64,000 bases of DNA from Tubiluchus corallicola (Eukaryota > Animalia > Priapulida): NCBI GenBank assembly GCA_030141605.1, contig JAQGDQ010000025.1, positions 1,036,907-1,100,906 of the forward strand, read 5' to 3'. The notes under the pieces were generated by a model. That model was given only the letters and a program-made list of their open reading frames with translations. It was not told where the DNA came from and ran no database searches. A program made the translations under genes and the position numbers. Below, piece by piece: positions 25,337 through 64,000 of the stretch. The stretch's first letter is position 1. Each line of letters starts with the position of its first letter.

Positions 25337-25654
25337 TCCCTCTCTGTCTGACTCTGTCTCTCTCTCATCCTCTCTCTTTTTGTTTTTTGTCATTTTTTTC
25401 TTTTTCTCTCTCGCCCTATCTTTCCTTCTCTCCTCCCTTCTGTTTCTCTACTGCAATTATGAAATGCTCACAGAATCACATATGGCCAACTCTAGAGTTT
25501 GGGTCGTTTCAAAGGTAAAATTGTAGCCCAATTCAAACTGATTGGCTAATTTGTAGAGTTATAGGAAGAGGCAACCCTGGAAAAACATTCATTGTTTGCA
25601 GCGTATTATTAATATACAATTAAAAATGTTGAAATTACCATAAATATTCGCCCG

Positions 25655-26200
25655 TAGTCAATCACTATCTTGGGTTTATTATACTGATATCACTTAAATT
25701 TAGAAAAATATAATAAACAAATTTGCAAAGAACTGCCTATAAAGTATTAATTTAAAATATACTACCTCTGAATAGAAATTTTCAGGCGTGGAGGTTGGAG
25801 CAATTCACTTGTAAATCATGACGTAACTAGGAGACTTCGTGGCTTTCCGTGAGCGCGTCGTGACTTTCCGTAAGCACGCGCCGCTTAAACTAATTCAAAC
25901 TTCTGCAGCTTACCTAATGCTCACGTAGAAATATTACAAAATTAGCTCCCCAATGTTTTTATAAAAACTTATTATACTTTTGATGAAGATTGACAATGCG
26001 CTACTTTTCTTTAAGACGAATGACTTCATTGGTAGAATAACGGGCATTGAAAATGGGAGCGCCCAAGCATGAAGAAATCGCGACTTTAAAATGATTTTAC
26101 TAGTTACACGACAATCTTATTGCAGTTTTACTACAATCTAACATTTTTCGCGAACATTGAAACAGGCTTAATTTCCCAGAATGGTTGGCATTTTCTTTAA
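25655..26200. mobile_element. Family B MITE copy 2 (one end eroded)
   Basis: Colinear similarity to 21020-21504. Confidence 0.7.
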
Positions 26201-27349
26201 AAATTTGAAACTATATTTCAAGAATTTATATGTGCTTCCCTGTTTGTAATTTGATATTTGTAAATGTAAAATGAAATTAAAATATTCTCTGTTACCATGA
26301 TATAACTTAAAAGACTAACATGTTTTAGGGTGATCAACACTCAATACACTTTCTCATCAACGACATTGATTTCTGTCGGCCATCTTGAAACGGTAGCGCC
26401 ACCTCTTATAGCACGAATTTTGCTAGTTCTTCCATTCTTACACTTTTTGCACTTGGAAATACATTTTTGTAAAAATGTGAAATTTTGGGCACTAGATTAA
26501 AAATTTGTCAGCTCCTCGTCGTTCTAGGTGATTTTTTAGTTACCTTGCTAGCTCTCTAATTACCAATCGGCACCTGTGACAAGTTTTCACATATTCACTT
26601 ACTTAGATCTCAGGATGCGTTCCCTAAGCAAAACAAATTAAGCAGCTAAATGAAAAGGCCTCGAGCATAATTTGACATTAATAACGTAATAATATCGTTG
26701 ATTATCTACAGGATCATGTTGCTCAGGTAGATCCTAATGAACTATTGTTCCATCAAGCTATTATTGGCTCTCAGGAAGAGACTGTGCCAAAGGTGCTTGG
26801 AAGTATAGTGTGTCAGGCTTAGCATGCATTTTTTGTTTCTCTAAAAGCCATATTAAACATGTCTGTTTTATATGATGATGATCGATTACTGTTATATTAA
26901 ACTCCAAAATTAGCTATTATCACTAGGCAGGGGATAGCCAGGTAGTAAAGTAAGGGGAAGAAAGCACGTAAAAAGAGGCGCCGTGACAAGTACCGAACCA
27001 TTTTTAACTTATTCATTACACATTTCAGTTCTGTGTATAAAATCGAAACACAAGGAAGATACTGTTTTAAATGCATTATATCGTTATTGCTCTGAAGCGT
27101 CAGTGTCCTTTAGAAGTAGAGAATTTATCAAAAGACCTTAGAGACTTACACGGCGAATTTAAGTCTGTGTAAATTCCTCAGCATCATATAAATCAATGTA
27201 AACAGTGTCTAGATATTATGAGCTTAAGAGATGGGGATAAAACTCTGTGGGCAAAAAGTAATTGCTCGGGCGAGATGAAGTAGAAAAAACCTGCAAACGG
27301 CCCAAGTGCTGCTGAACTTGCTGGTCATTTTAGTAAATTATGTTCATTA

Positions 27350-29200
27350 CAAGAAGCAAAGTCAGCTGTTGATTTGGTGCAGAACAATAATTTGCCATAC
27401 AACCCTATCCTAGATAATCGGATTACATTAATTGAAATGGACAACGTAGTGAACAAAATGAAAAGAGGTGGTTTTGATTTTTCCGTACGCATACTAAAAA
27501 GTTCATATCATGTGCTGTACCCAGTACTGTTAGTTTTAATGAACCTAATCTCACAGCCCTAATAAAAAAAGGGTGATCTATCGCTGCCTAAAATCACAGA
27601 GGCATACAAATGTTGTCACTACTAGCAAGCAACGACAGGATTATTGCAAATCACCTGAAGTTATGGCTACCCAACCGAGAAGTACAAACAGCCTTTCAAA
27701 AAGGCAGGTCATGTGTCGACCATGTCTCTATGCTACGGTTAATTATCTCAATTGCACAGAAACTGAAAATTAAACTTTATGTTGCCTTGATGGACCTTGA
27801 AAAGGTTTTCGATAAAGTACCTAGATGCATCTTGCTAAATAAATATGTAAAATTGGGTATCCATCACGTGATGTATGAAGCCATTAGGTCTATGCATTTA
27901 TTCACGCAATGTATTTTAAACTTTAATGGTCAATATTCCTATTGTTCTGAACCATTCTCTGGCATTCGACAAGGTACAGCGTCATCAGTTTTACTTTTCA
28001 ACGCTTTCTTTGATGACATGTCAGATTATTTACAAACGAACTGTAATTCAGAAATGCTTTTACTTGATCTGCATTGTCTTGTTCATGCTGATGATACTGC
28101 CACCTTAAGTACTGATAGATCTTTATTTTTAAACACAAGTATAAAGCTGCTGAAAATTATTTTTGTGACAACGGCATTATACTAAATGCTGCCAAATCTA
28201 GCTTCTTTGTAATAGGCAAGGATAATGAAGATGATATGCGTTTTGTTCAGTTAAACAAGGGGGTGTTTAAATACAAAGATGAACAAGTATATTTAAGCGT
28301 CGTCTGCACAGATAAAGGTAATTACTGTGTTGAAGCGTAATGGGATACGAAGCATTTAATGTTAACGTTAGATTTGTCAACTTTGTGACACGGCATCGTA
28401 ATGCTCCTTTTGATGTAAAAATGAAAGTTTTAAATGCTTGTGTTACTTCATCACTTTGTACTCTGCTGAAAGCTGGAGTAGTGCTGCTCTTACTAAACTA
28501 GAGAATTTACATAGAAAAGCATTAAAAACTGCTTTAGGTAAAAAATCAGAACACTATTAACGAGATGGTGTAATACTGAAAGTGACAGCAAACCTCTGTC
28601 TGGAAAAGTTAGATCACTGCAGCTTAATTATTGGTTAAAGATCAGTAAATATTGTCGTGATAACCCTGATAATCATATCTGTAGACTTTCAAAAATTGTT
28701 CATAGAGAACGCACCAAATATGTTCAACATTACGAGAACAATGAGCTTCGAATTTTCTGTACTGGTAGTAAAATGAAGACTTATTTTGATAGCAAATATA
28801 TAGAAAATGTCCGCCAAAGACTTCTTGCGTTCAGAAATGACCCAGACTCGAAACAGGGTGTACATTGTAGTATAAACCCTGAGTTAACCAAACCCTCGTT
28901 ACTTTATGATAACATCATTCTTACCGAACATTACAGGATAATCATTTCAAGATTCAAGTGAGTAGGAAATCACCATCTACCAATTGAGACTGGCAGACGG
29001 GAAGATAGAATATGTCAGTTTCGTGATTTGAATGTAGTACGGTTGAATGAAGGGTTGTTCAGACCCTTACGCATACGGTCTTAGAATGTTCCGAAACTAA
29101 ATATGCTGACTGTGTTGAACATATCAACGGTTTTATAACACAACTTTCTGTAAACAAAGCCAAATATTTGTATAAACTTGATAAAGCTTGTGGAAATAAT
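27350..29200 (+). mobile_element. Decayed LINE (RT pseudogene through C-terminal region)
   Basis: QTAFQKG, MDLEKVFDKV, GIRQG, HADD and ISRFK...HLPIETGR motifs with frameshifts and stops. Confidence 0.85.
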
Positions 29201-29309
29201 GATCTTTAATTAATTTTCAAACACATGTAAATCTTCACGATTGCAATTAATATCACACTAAAATTATATTTCATGTAGTGATGCGTCTCGCCTGCGAATG
29301 GACAAATTG

Positions 29310-29439
29310 TTTTACATGTTATACTATGTTTTACCATTTTACTTGGGTGTAGAAAATGCTGAGTTTGTCAATATATATTGACAAATTCAGCATTTTCTAC
29401 ACCCAAGTAAAATAACAAAACATAGTATAACATATAAAA
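29310..29439. repeat. About 130-bp near-perfect palindrome centred at 29374/29375
   Basis: Arms ...TTTTACTTGGGTGTAGAAAATGCTGAGTTTGTCAATAT / ATATTGACAAATTCAGCATTTTCTACACCCAAGTAAAA... Confidence 0.9.
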
Positions 29440-29445
29440 AAATTG

Positions 29446-29481
<36 letters not shown>

Positions 29482-29612
29482 TAGATAGATAGATAGATAG
29501 ATAGAGTTAAAATTAAAACACAATAAAAAGTTACAGTAAGCTCATAAATCTCAAAACATAATAAAAACGTGTGTGTTATTATGAAAACATATATATATAT
29601 ATATAAATATAT

Positions 29613-29965
29613 TGTAACGGATCCGGGTCCTTTTCAGGCGCCGATCCGTCTCCTCAGAATGTATCGAGCGGCATACAAGTTATGAAAGTATTACAGCAGA
29701 CGAGAAAAGTAAAAAGAGTACGAATGCAAAATAAATTAAACTTTATTGCACAACCGGTAACTCCAAAAGAATGACATGTGAACAGACTTTTGTATAAAAA
29801 AATCAGCAAACCTACAGCAATCACCTTTACAGACAGAAAGGCCAGGTTGGAATCGTCAAATTACGGCATGCATTCTGTTTTATACAGGTACATTTGCATT
29901 ACTGGGCTTCTCGACTATACCCATTACTAACATTATGGGGTTAGTCAAAACCCGTCTTCGTAACA
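29613..29965 (-). repeat. 3' LTR of the non-autonomous element
   Basis: Direct repeat of 31539-31890. Confidence 0.92.
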
Positions 29966-30925
29966 CTACCCCTTCCTCAATTTCCATTTGTCCACAAATG
30001 AGTTACAGCAAATGCAAATGCAATTAAATTGTACTCTAGTTGAACCCAACAAAAGTCATTCAAAGTTGAGCAAATCAGTTTAACAAAATAATCAAAATTG
30101 TAAACAGCACTAGTACAAATATGTAAAAACCCGGCTTTAGCAAATCTATCCAGGTTTATGACAGCATAAAACTGAAAACGGTGAGTTGATAATCCTTTTT
30201 CCTGTGGGAACAGATCAATGATCCACTTCTTGTGAGTGCAGTGTAGCGCCATCTAGCGAGACTGTCCCAAAAAACAATACAGTCAGTCTTTAAACAGAAA
30301 CCAGTCTTTGCACATCACGCTATCGGCAAAACAGGCCTTGAAACGAAAAAAACATTCTACTAGTTACTTCCGAGGCACTGAGACAACCTCTATGATGTGG
30401 TACATTGTGAACAGTCTATAGAAGTTCTCCTGGGGCGTCGGTAGGGATTCGAACCATCTGTCTGCCCGGTGAAATAAAGTAGTTGCGATACTTGCGAAGG
30501 TGTAGGGTACTCCAGCCATGTGCTACAACGGTATTGTACTCCTAGCCATAAACCATGTCTTTGACGGTACTCCATAATAGACTCGTGTCCGTCATAATAG
30601 ACTCGTGTAGCAATCGAAGTTTCGACCTGTCTTCCCTGAGTGAACGAAATAGGCATACTGACAAGCTTACTGCAACAGACTCGGCACATAAAGAGGAATA
30701 AAGACGAAACAAATTTACAAACAAGGTACTGCTGTACAACAACAACAGCAAAGTAGAGAAAAACGATTAATCTTTTTAAACTGCTTCAACGTTCTGGCTT
30801 CGCAAAAGCTACCGAAAACCGGTTCAACTTTGACCAGTGACGTACAGTTAAAAAGACGAGCATCAAGTGTTCACAACTGCATAATCTTAGCTAGCTGAAC
30901 ACAACAGAGCCCCATGTTGAAAAGC

Positions 30926-31219
30926 GTGTTCTGGCATCCTAGCCATTACGGAACACTAAACTACCATTTAAAAACAGTGTTCTGGCAACCTAGCCATTAC
31001 GGAACACTAAACTACCATTTAAAAACAGTGTTCTGGCAACCTAGCCATTACGGAACACTAAACTACCATTTAAAAACAGTGTTCTGGCATCCTAGCCATT
31101 ACGGAACACTAAACTACCATTTAAAAACAGTGTTCTGGCATCCTAGCCATTACGGAACACTAAACTACCATTTAAAAACAGTGTTCTGGCATCCTAGCCA
31201 TTACGGAACACTAAACTAC
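30926..31219. repeat. 51-bp tandem array (about 5.8 units), each unit a stem-loop
   Basis: Units start at 30926, 30977, 31028, 31079, 31130 and 31181. Confidence 0.95.
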
Positions 31220-31538
31220 GGTGACTCGCTATACATGCAAAGTCACAAAATGGCTGTACGTCTCCTATTCCTAAATACAGGCTAATATCGCCTCATTGGG
31301 AACTCGATAAAAACATAGAACTGTTTAAGCTAAGGCCGATGCTGCCTGTCGCATAAAGGCCGTTCAATTGCCTTTCAACATAAAAGGTAAAAACACGAAA
31401 CTGTCTACAAAAACACAAAAAAAACACGCCGAGTAGTACAGACAAGCTGTCTGCCTAAAGCAAAATGCAGCACTCACCAAACCCAATAATGTCGATCCAT
31501 TCCAGGCGGCAATTTCGGATCCCACTTATGTGCACCAG

Positions 31539-31888
31539 TGTAACGGATCCGGGTCCTTTTCAGGCGCCGATCCGTCTCCTCAGAATGTATCGAGCGGCAT
31601 ACAAGTTATGAAAGTATTACAGCAGACGAGAAAAGTAAAAAGAGTACGAATGCAAAATAAATTAAACTTTATTGCACAACCGGTAACTCCAAAAGAATGA
31701 CATGTGAACAGACTTTGTATAAAAAAATCAGCAAACCTACAGCAATCACCTTTACAGACAGAAAGGCCAGGTTGGAATCGTCAAATTACGGCATGCATTC
31801 TGTTTTATACAGGTACATTTGCATTACTGGTCTTCTCGACTATACCCATTACTAACATTATGGGGTTAGTCAAAACCCGTCTTCGTAA

Positions 31889-31890
<2 letters not shown>
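31539..31890 (-). repeat. 5' LTR of the non-autonomous element
   Basis: Direct repeat of 29613-29965; adjacent to the PBS. Confidence 0.92.
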
Positions 31891-31919
<29 letters not shown>

Positions 31920-32448
31920 GATAGAGTTAAAATTAAAACACAATAAAAAGTTACAGTAAGCTCATAAATCTCAAAACATAATAAAAACGTGTGTGTTATT
32001 ATGAAAACAAAAAGAAGTATTGTGAAAAATGTGTCATGAAAGAACTACAATAGTCTGTTTCGTCTAGCTTTCATTCTAATAAATTAATCTATAATTCTCG
32101 CAAAGTAATCAGTAGTCAACTCTCTTTCAATGGACAGCAAAACTAACCCAGACAATCTATCCTCACCCATTGTAAAACGAAGGTAGAACTTTATCTGCTT
32201 CAGCTGATTAAAACATAGTTTAGCAACCGCAGAGGTTTCATTAGCGTTACTCGTTGATACAAGACTTGCTAGTGTAATAGGGTTTATTAACTATAATTGT
32301 TAACATAGCCAAGGTAGCCTAAAATTTGAAGTGCTACTTGTTTGCAATCATCACAAATAAGAAATTTCATTCTAGAAGAAAGAACAGTTGCAGATTGCAG
32401 TTTTAATTCTAGAAAAACTATTAAGTTTTACTCCAGATTATTGGTTTA

Positions 32449-32953
32449 TTAAAGGAAAGGTCAACCCTTCTAGGAGGTTAGGGCTTATTTCAATGTTCAG
32501 AAAAAATGTTAGAAAGATCTAGTAAAAAAACTGCAATAAGCGCCTCATGTAACCAGTAAAATTACTTCAAAGTCTTGATCACTTCAGGCTTGGGCGCCTC
32601 CATTTTCAATGCTCATTCTTCTTCCAATGACATCATTCGTTCTGATGAAAACCAGCGCACTTTCAATTTTCACCAAAAATACAATAAGTTTTTACAAAAA
32701 TATTGGATAAGTTATTTTGTAATATTTTTGCGTGAACATTATGTAAGCTGCAGAAGTTTGAATTACTTTAATCAGCTCGCGCTTACGGAAAGCCACCACC
32801 AAGTCGCGAAGTCCCCCATTTACGTCACGATTTTCAAGTGAATAGCAGCAAACACCACGCCTGAAATTTTTTTAATCAGGTTATTTTTTTCTAACTTTAG
32901 GTGATAACAGTAAAATAAACCCAATATGCTGAGTGACTTGTTCTTTCCTTTAA
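32449..32953. mobile_element. Family B MITE copy 3 (inverted)
   Basis: TTAAAGGAAAG...CTTTCCTTTAA termini; reverse-complement similarity to 21002-21504. Confidence 0.75.
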
Positions 32954-34359
32954 ATTTTTCAGTTTTTCAGCATAAGGAATTTTATATTACGCAGTATAAA
33001 CGGTTGGCTTTGTTTATCGTTTATGTAAAGACGTTCTAGATGTGTAGTTCAGATAAAGGCGAGTGCATTGACAGCATGTTCTGCTCGCATAAATGTATCC
33101 TGGCTTGTTTTACTGTTTGTTTTTATAGTGTTTTGGGGTTTTGTGACGTCGTAAAAAATGAGCTGTCATGAAAAGCCAAGATTGGATCTATAATTCATGG
33201 TTCGAATGACGTCATCAATCGATGACATTAATTTGTTTTTGTTGCGGTTCATCAGTTATTCTGATATTTATTCATGTTTATTTGGGCTAGCTTTCTTTAT
33301 GAAGTAATATAGTGTAACATAGTGGGTAGTGTTCTTAGTTTTTATCTAAAAAATAAAATTAAAAAAGGCATTTGTATTTTTAACGAGAAATATAGCTACA
33401 TCTATCTGAAACGTCAGTGTGCGATTGGGTGGCAGTAATTTTTATTTTAGTTTTTAACTCCTTCAGGACCGCACCATTCTAAATTGGTCTTGTAAGACCT
33501 AATTTTTTCTGCTATTGTATGAGCACAGACATTACTGAATGATTACAAATTAGGTAGTGTTCGATTTAGGAGAATCACAGCTATCCAATCATGCTATTTG
33601 TTTAAACATTTATACGTGATTTAATTGGATAAAGTTAAGAAAAACACGCCCTTTTCAGGCACTTCAACTAAGCCTATCGTGTAGCTTCGTCCGGTGTAAA
33701 TTTCCTTGATCGTACCCAATGTTTTCTTGATCGCCTGCTTGCTACAACCCAAGAGAAACATCTGCTGTACAGAATTTCAAGAAAAGCCAACCCATCAGTC
33801 AAGGAGAAATTAAGGTCGTTTCATCTTTTAACAGGAATTCTCAAAAATAAGAGTAGACTTGAGGCCAATGTGTATCAGAATGTTGTGTCTGGATACCTGA
33901 AATTTTCTGCATTAGCAGATTCCTCACAAGTGATACTGCGTATTGCATTCTGTTGTTCCATGTGAGAGATGGGAGCATAAAGTGATGTGTGAAACTCATG
34001 GAACAGAAAAGCAAATAGGAAGACAGTGGAAGAGAAAAGAGGAAATAAAAGCAAGGAAAAGAAGCCGGAGAAGAGAAGAAGAGGAAAAGCTGAAAAAATA
34101 AGTTGGGAAAAGATAAACTGGGGAGGGAAGACAAAGAGTGTGGGAGGATAAAGAGCAGTGTAGACAATCCAGTAAATGGAAAGAACCTTTCCAAGAGCGA
34201 CATCCTCAAAAGTATAACACCAGTAAAGTCAAAGCTTGCAGGCAGCTACTAATGGTTGCAAGACGAGGAAAGTTTAGACATATAATTACCCTACGAAATA
34301 GAATTCATATACTTATGTATTTATGTACATGTAAAATGACCTTAGTGTGATAATAACAT

Positions 34360-34756
34360 TAGACTTGAAATTTTCCAAGCAATTTGTATCCTTTGTTAAG
34401 AAAGCAAACAAAATTTTGGGGATGATAAAGAGGCACTCGTTTCTAGAAATAAAGAAATTATATTGAAATTATACATTGGTTCGGTTAGACCGCATCTAGA
34501 ATACTGTGTGCAGCTTTGGAATCCCCATTATCAGAAACGCATGTTGTTTAAGGAAGGTGTGCAAAGGCGTGCTACAAGAATAATATTTAGTTGTAAAAGT
34601 CTGAGATATTTAGAAAGATTGAAGTATTGCAGTTTGACCACGGTTGAATTAACAAGGCACCCTGGAGATCTTATTGATGCTTGTAAAGTACTAACTAGAA
34701 AAGAAAGCATTTTGCTTGAAAAGTTCTTTAATTTGGTTGTTGATGAAATTGTTTGA
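34360..34756 (+). mobile_element. CR1-type LINE ORF2 C-terminal fragment
   Basis: KANKILGMIKR, LY...VRPHLEYCVQLWNPH and VQRRATR motifs. Confidence 0.85.
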
Positions 34757-37101
34757 TGAAAGATGCAGCGGCTCGTACAGTGCAATGAAATTCAACGCTT
34801 GCAACTTGTGACTTGTTTGTAACTTATTGTAAGGCGAAGAATTGTAAGATTATACGAAAGTGCAATTAAATGTAATGCCTTATAGTACAATATAGTAAAA
34901 TGCAACATAGTATAATGCAACGAAATGCAACGAGTTGTAGGTGTAGTTCAATAAAATGCAATGCTGTGCAAAGTTAACGCACCGTCACTTTTTTATTTCA
35001 TGTAATTTATATAATGTAATTGTTACCTAAAATGATAATAAATGACAGTAGCAATATCATGTCAACTCTGTGACTCAAGTTTTTCACAAACTTTTCTTTC
35101 AAGCTATTTCAGTTTGCAAATTACGATGATTAGCTTCGCGAAGTCTTAAAAGATTTTTGGTTTTGAGCTCTCAAGGCGGAAATTGAAGTTGCGATAGAGC
35201 TGGATCGATGAACAGTGCTAATTTGTTAGAGTGGCTGCAAGCAGCACCTCGAAAGCTCTTGTAAAATTTTAGAGGTTTTAGAAACGAAGATCAAGAGTTT
35301 TATTTTGTGGCGTATGGTAAATTTTGAAATCGAAGAAGCTGATTGACGGTCTAGGACTTTTTGACAATTTTTTAAAGAAAGATCCAGATGCGACAGTCCT
35401 ACAGCTTATCCTTTGCCATCTGTGCACGAAGTCGTCTTGTTATCTTGGCATCATCTTTTTAATAGAGTAAATGGCCAACCAGCAATCTGCGGTGCCCAAG
35501 AAAACAGTGATGGGTTCAACTCGAGATAGAAGAATTATGTGGAAATAAATTAAAAGTAAAACGGATAAATGAATAAACTAAGCAAAGCTTTGTTTAAAAA
35601 TTTCATAATTTGATATAACCATTTTGACGTTGACATACATATGCATATGTACTTTACTTGCAATAAAATAAATTACAATAAAATCACAATCCTCATTGTT
35701 AAAAATATTTTCAATACTAAAACACTGTTAAAGGCAAATTCATCTTGTACAAAACTATAAACTATTAGTACATAAAAATTAAAACTAAACGAAATTACAT
35801 ACATAAATACAGTAGGTTCACGACACTATACATGGGCACCATGCGATTAGTGAAGTACATTACAATATGCACATAATACATAATACATAACACAATACAT
35901 ATGTGTTATGCAATACATATGTGTTATACACAATACATAGGTATACTACAATAAGTAAAATACATAATCAATGTATGATAAAATTTTCATCAACTATCAC
36001 AATATACACAATACGTTCGTATATAATACCTACCAAAAATTACTTGTACAGATTGCCGTTTTAATTTACTATTTATGAGTTGCGAATTTATAATTGTTCT
36101 TTTTCAGTTATTAGGGACGTGAGTATACAAAATTTGAATTAAAGAATTTAACGTCATTTACATGAGTTGGTTTTTGAAATCTACTTAGTTAGCATTGTTT
36201 CGGTTTCTCTTTATTACACTATCATAGCACTCAATTCGTTTTGGCTCAGGATTAGCAAATGTAGATAACATAACAGTGGATTTATTAAGTGATTATTCTG
36301 ATTGTTTACTGTATTTTAATGCAGTTTGCATGACAACTTGGTTCAAATGTGTTCGCAAAATGTCAAGCTATCTGTAATAATTCACGGCTAATTCAGCTGA
36401 TTTATCAACTATTCAGGATTTAGTTCCAGGTCATATCATACTGTCATTAATAACTTCAGTAATGTGACAGCCCGGGATAAGGTTTGATTTCTAATACTTT
36501 GATAAATTATTGTGTCGTTTTTTATTTAAAGGAATATGGTAGTTAAGCCAACATCAACGAAAGCTCAGTTTGTTCAGCATCTGAATTAGCAGCCGAATCA
36601 CCTTCGCATCATCAGTAGCTTTGTACGAGCCGCTGCATCTCTCTGCAAAGGTTTCCCGCAAACCTAAGAGATGCTATTAAACTTAGCTAACGTAAACAAC
36701 GCAAGTAAACACCGTGGATGGAGGGTTATCACAGTTAAGAAGCAATTTCCAAACCTGGCTGCCACGTGCCTTGGCTTCGCTTAGCGTGTCTGTGAATGAA
36801 ATCAACGTATTGGGTTGAGCAACAACAAGTAAAGGTAAGATAGGTGCTTTAGTCACAAACAGATCTTCTCGCTACTAGATAGATAGGTTGAAAACATTTA
36901 TTTGCAACGTAAGAAACGAGTACCTTATTTCTCTGATTAATTTATTGAAATCTGAAAAGAGTACACGAAAAAGAAGTTTCGTCACTTTTTACTCACTTAG
37001 TCAGGTCAGCTTTTACTTCACTTAGGTTTCAGCTAATGTGTTCATTAAGTTTAATATAAAGTTAAAGTATTAAGTGTGACATTTTGTTTCTCAGATCGAA
37101 C

Positions 37102-63917
<26,816 letters not shown>

Positions 63918-64000
63918 GTATGACAAGTGTTAAACACAGGTAAAAATGAACAATCGGGGTGCTCTTACCGCAATATAATATCATGGAATTTGTATTTTGT

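Larger units (their letters stand above)
29613..31890 (-). mobile_element. Non-autonomous (non-coding) LTR retroelement, TRIM/LARD-like, 2.28 kb
   Basis: Near-identical LTRs 29613-29965 and 31539-31890 (TGTAACG...CGTAACA); PBS-like TGGTGCACATAAGTGGGAT at 31519-31537; PPT AGGAAGGGGTAG at 29966-29977; no gag/pol. Confidence 0.9.

Noticed and set aside
30914-31285. CRISPR-like array or repetitive 123-aa ORF
   Set aside because: Units are head-to-tail and identical with no unique spacers, no cas genes, eukaryotic context; the ORF is open only because 51 is a multiple of 3

Overview
AT-rich, intron-containing, repeat-rich animal (probably invertebrate) genomic DNA; no prokaryotic operons or CRISPR arrays. 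The left half holds a young, full-length Gmr1-like Ty3/gypsy LTR retrotransposon (single 1606-aa ORF with integrase before RT, near-identical LTRs) and several decayed LINEs and MITEs. It also holds a 358-bp non-autonomous RTE derivative whose 5' end is a twister ribozyme starting exactly at the self-cleavage site, a 2.3-kb non-coding LTR element with a 51-bp hairpin array, and tentative exons of an unidentified minus-strand gene. The right half holds a multi-exon ADAMTS2/3/14-type (procollagen N-proteinase) gene on the + strand (22 coding exons traced by hand, running off the window end), with an intronless galactose-3-O-sulfotransferase gene nested antisense in one intron. All calls come from manual reading; no database searches were run.
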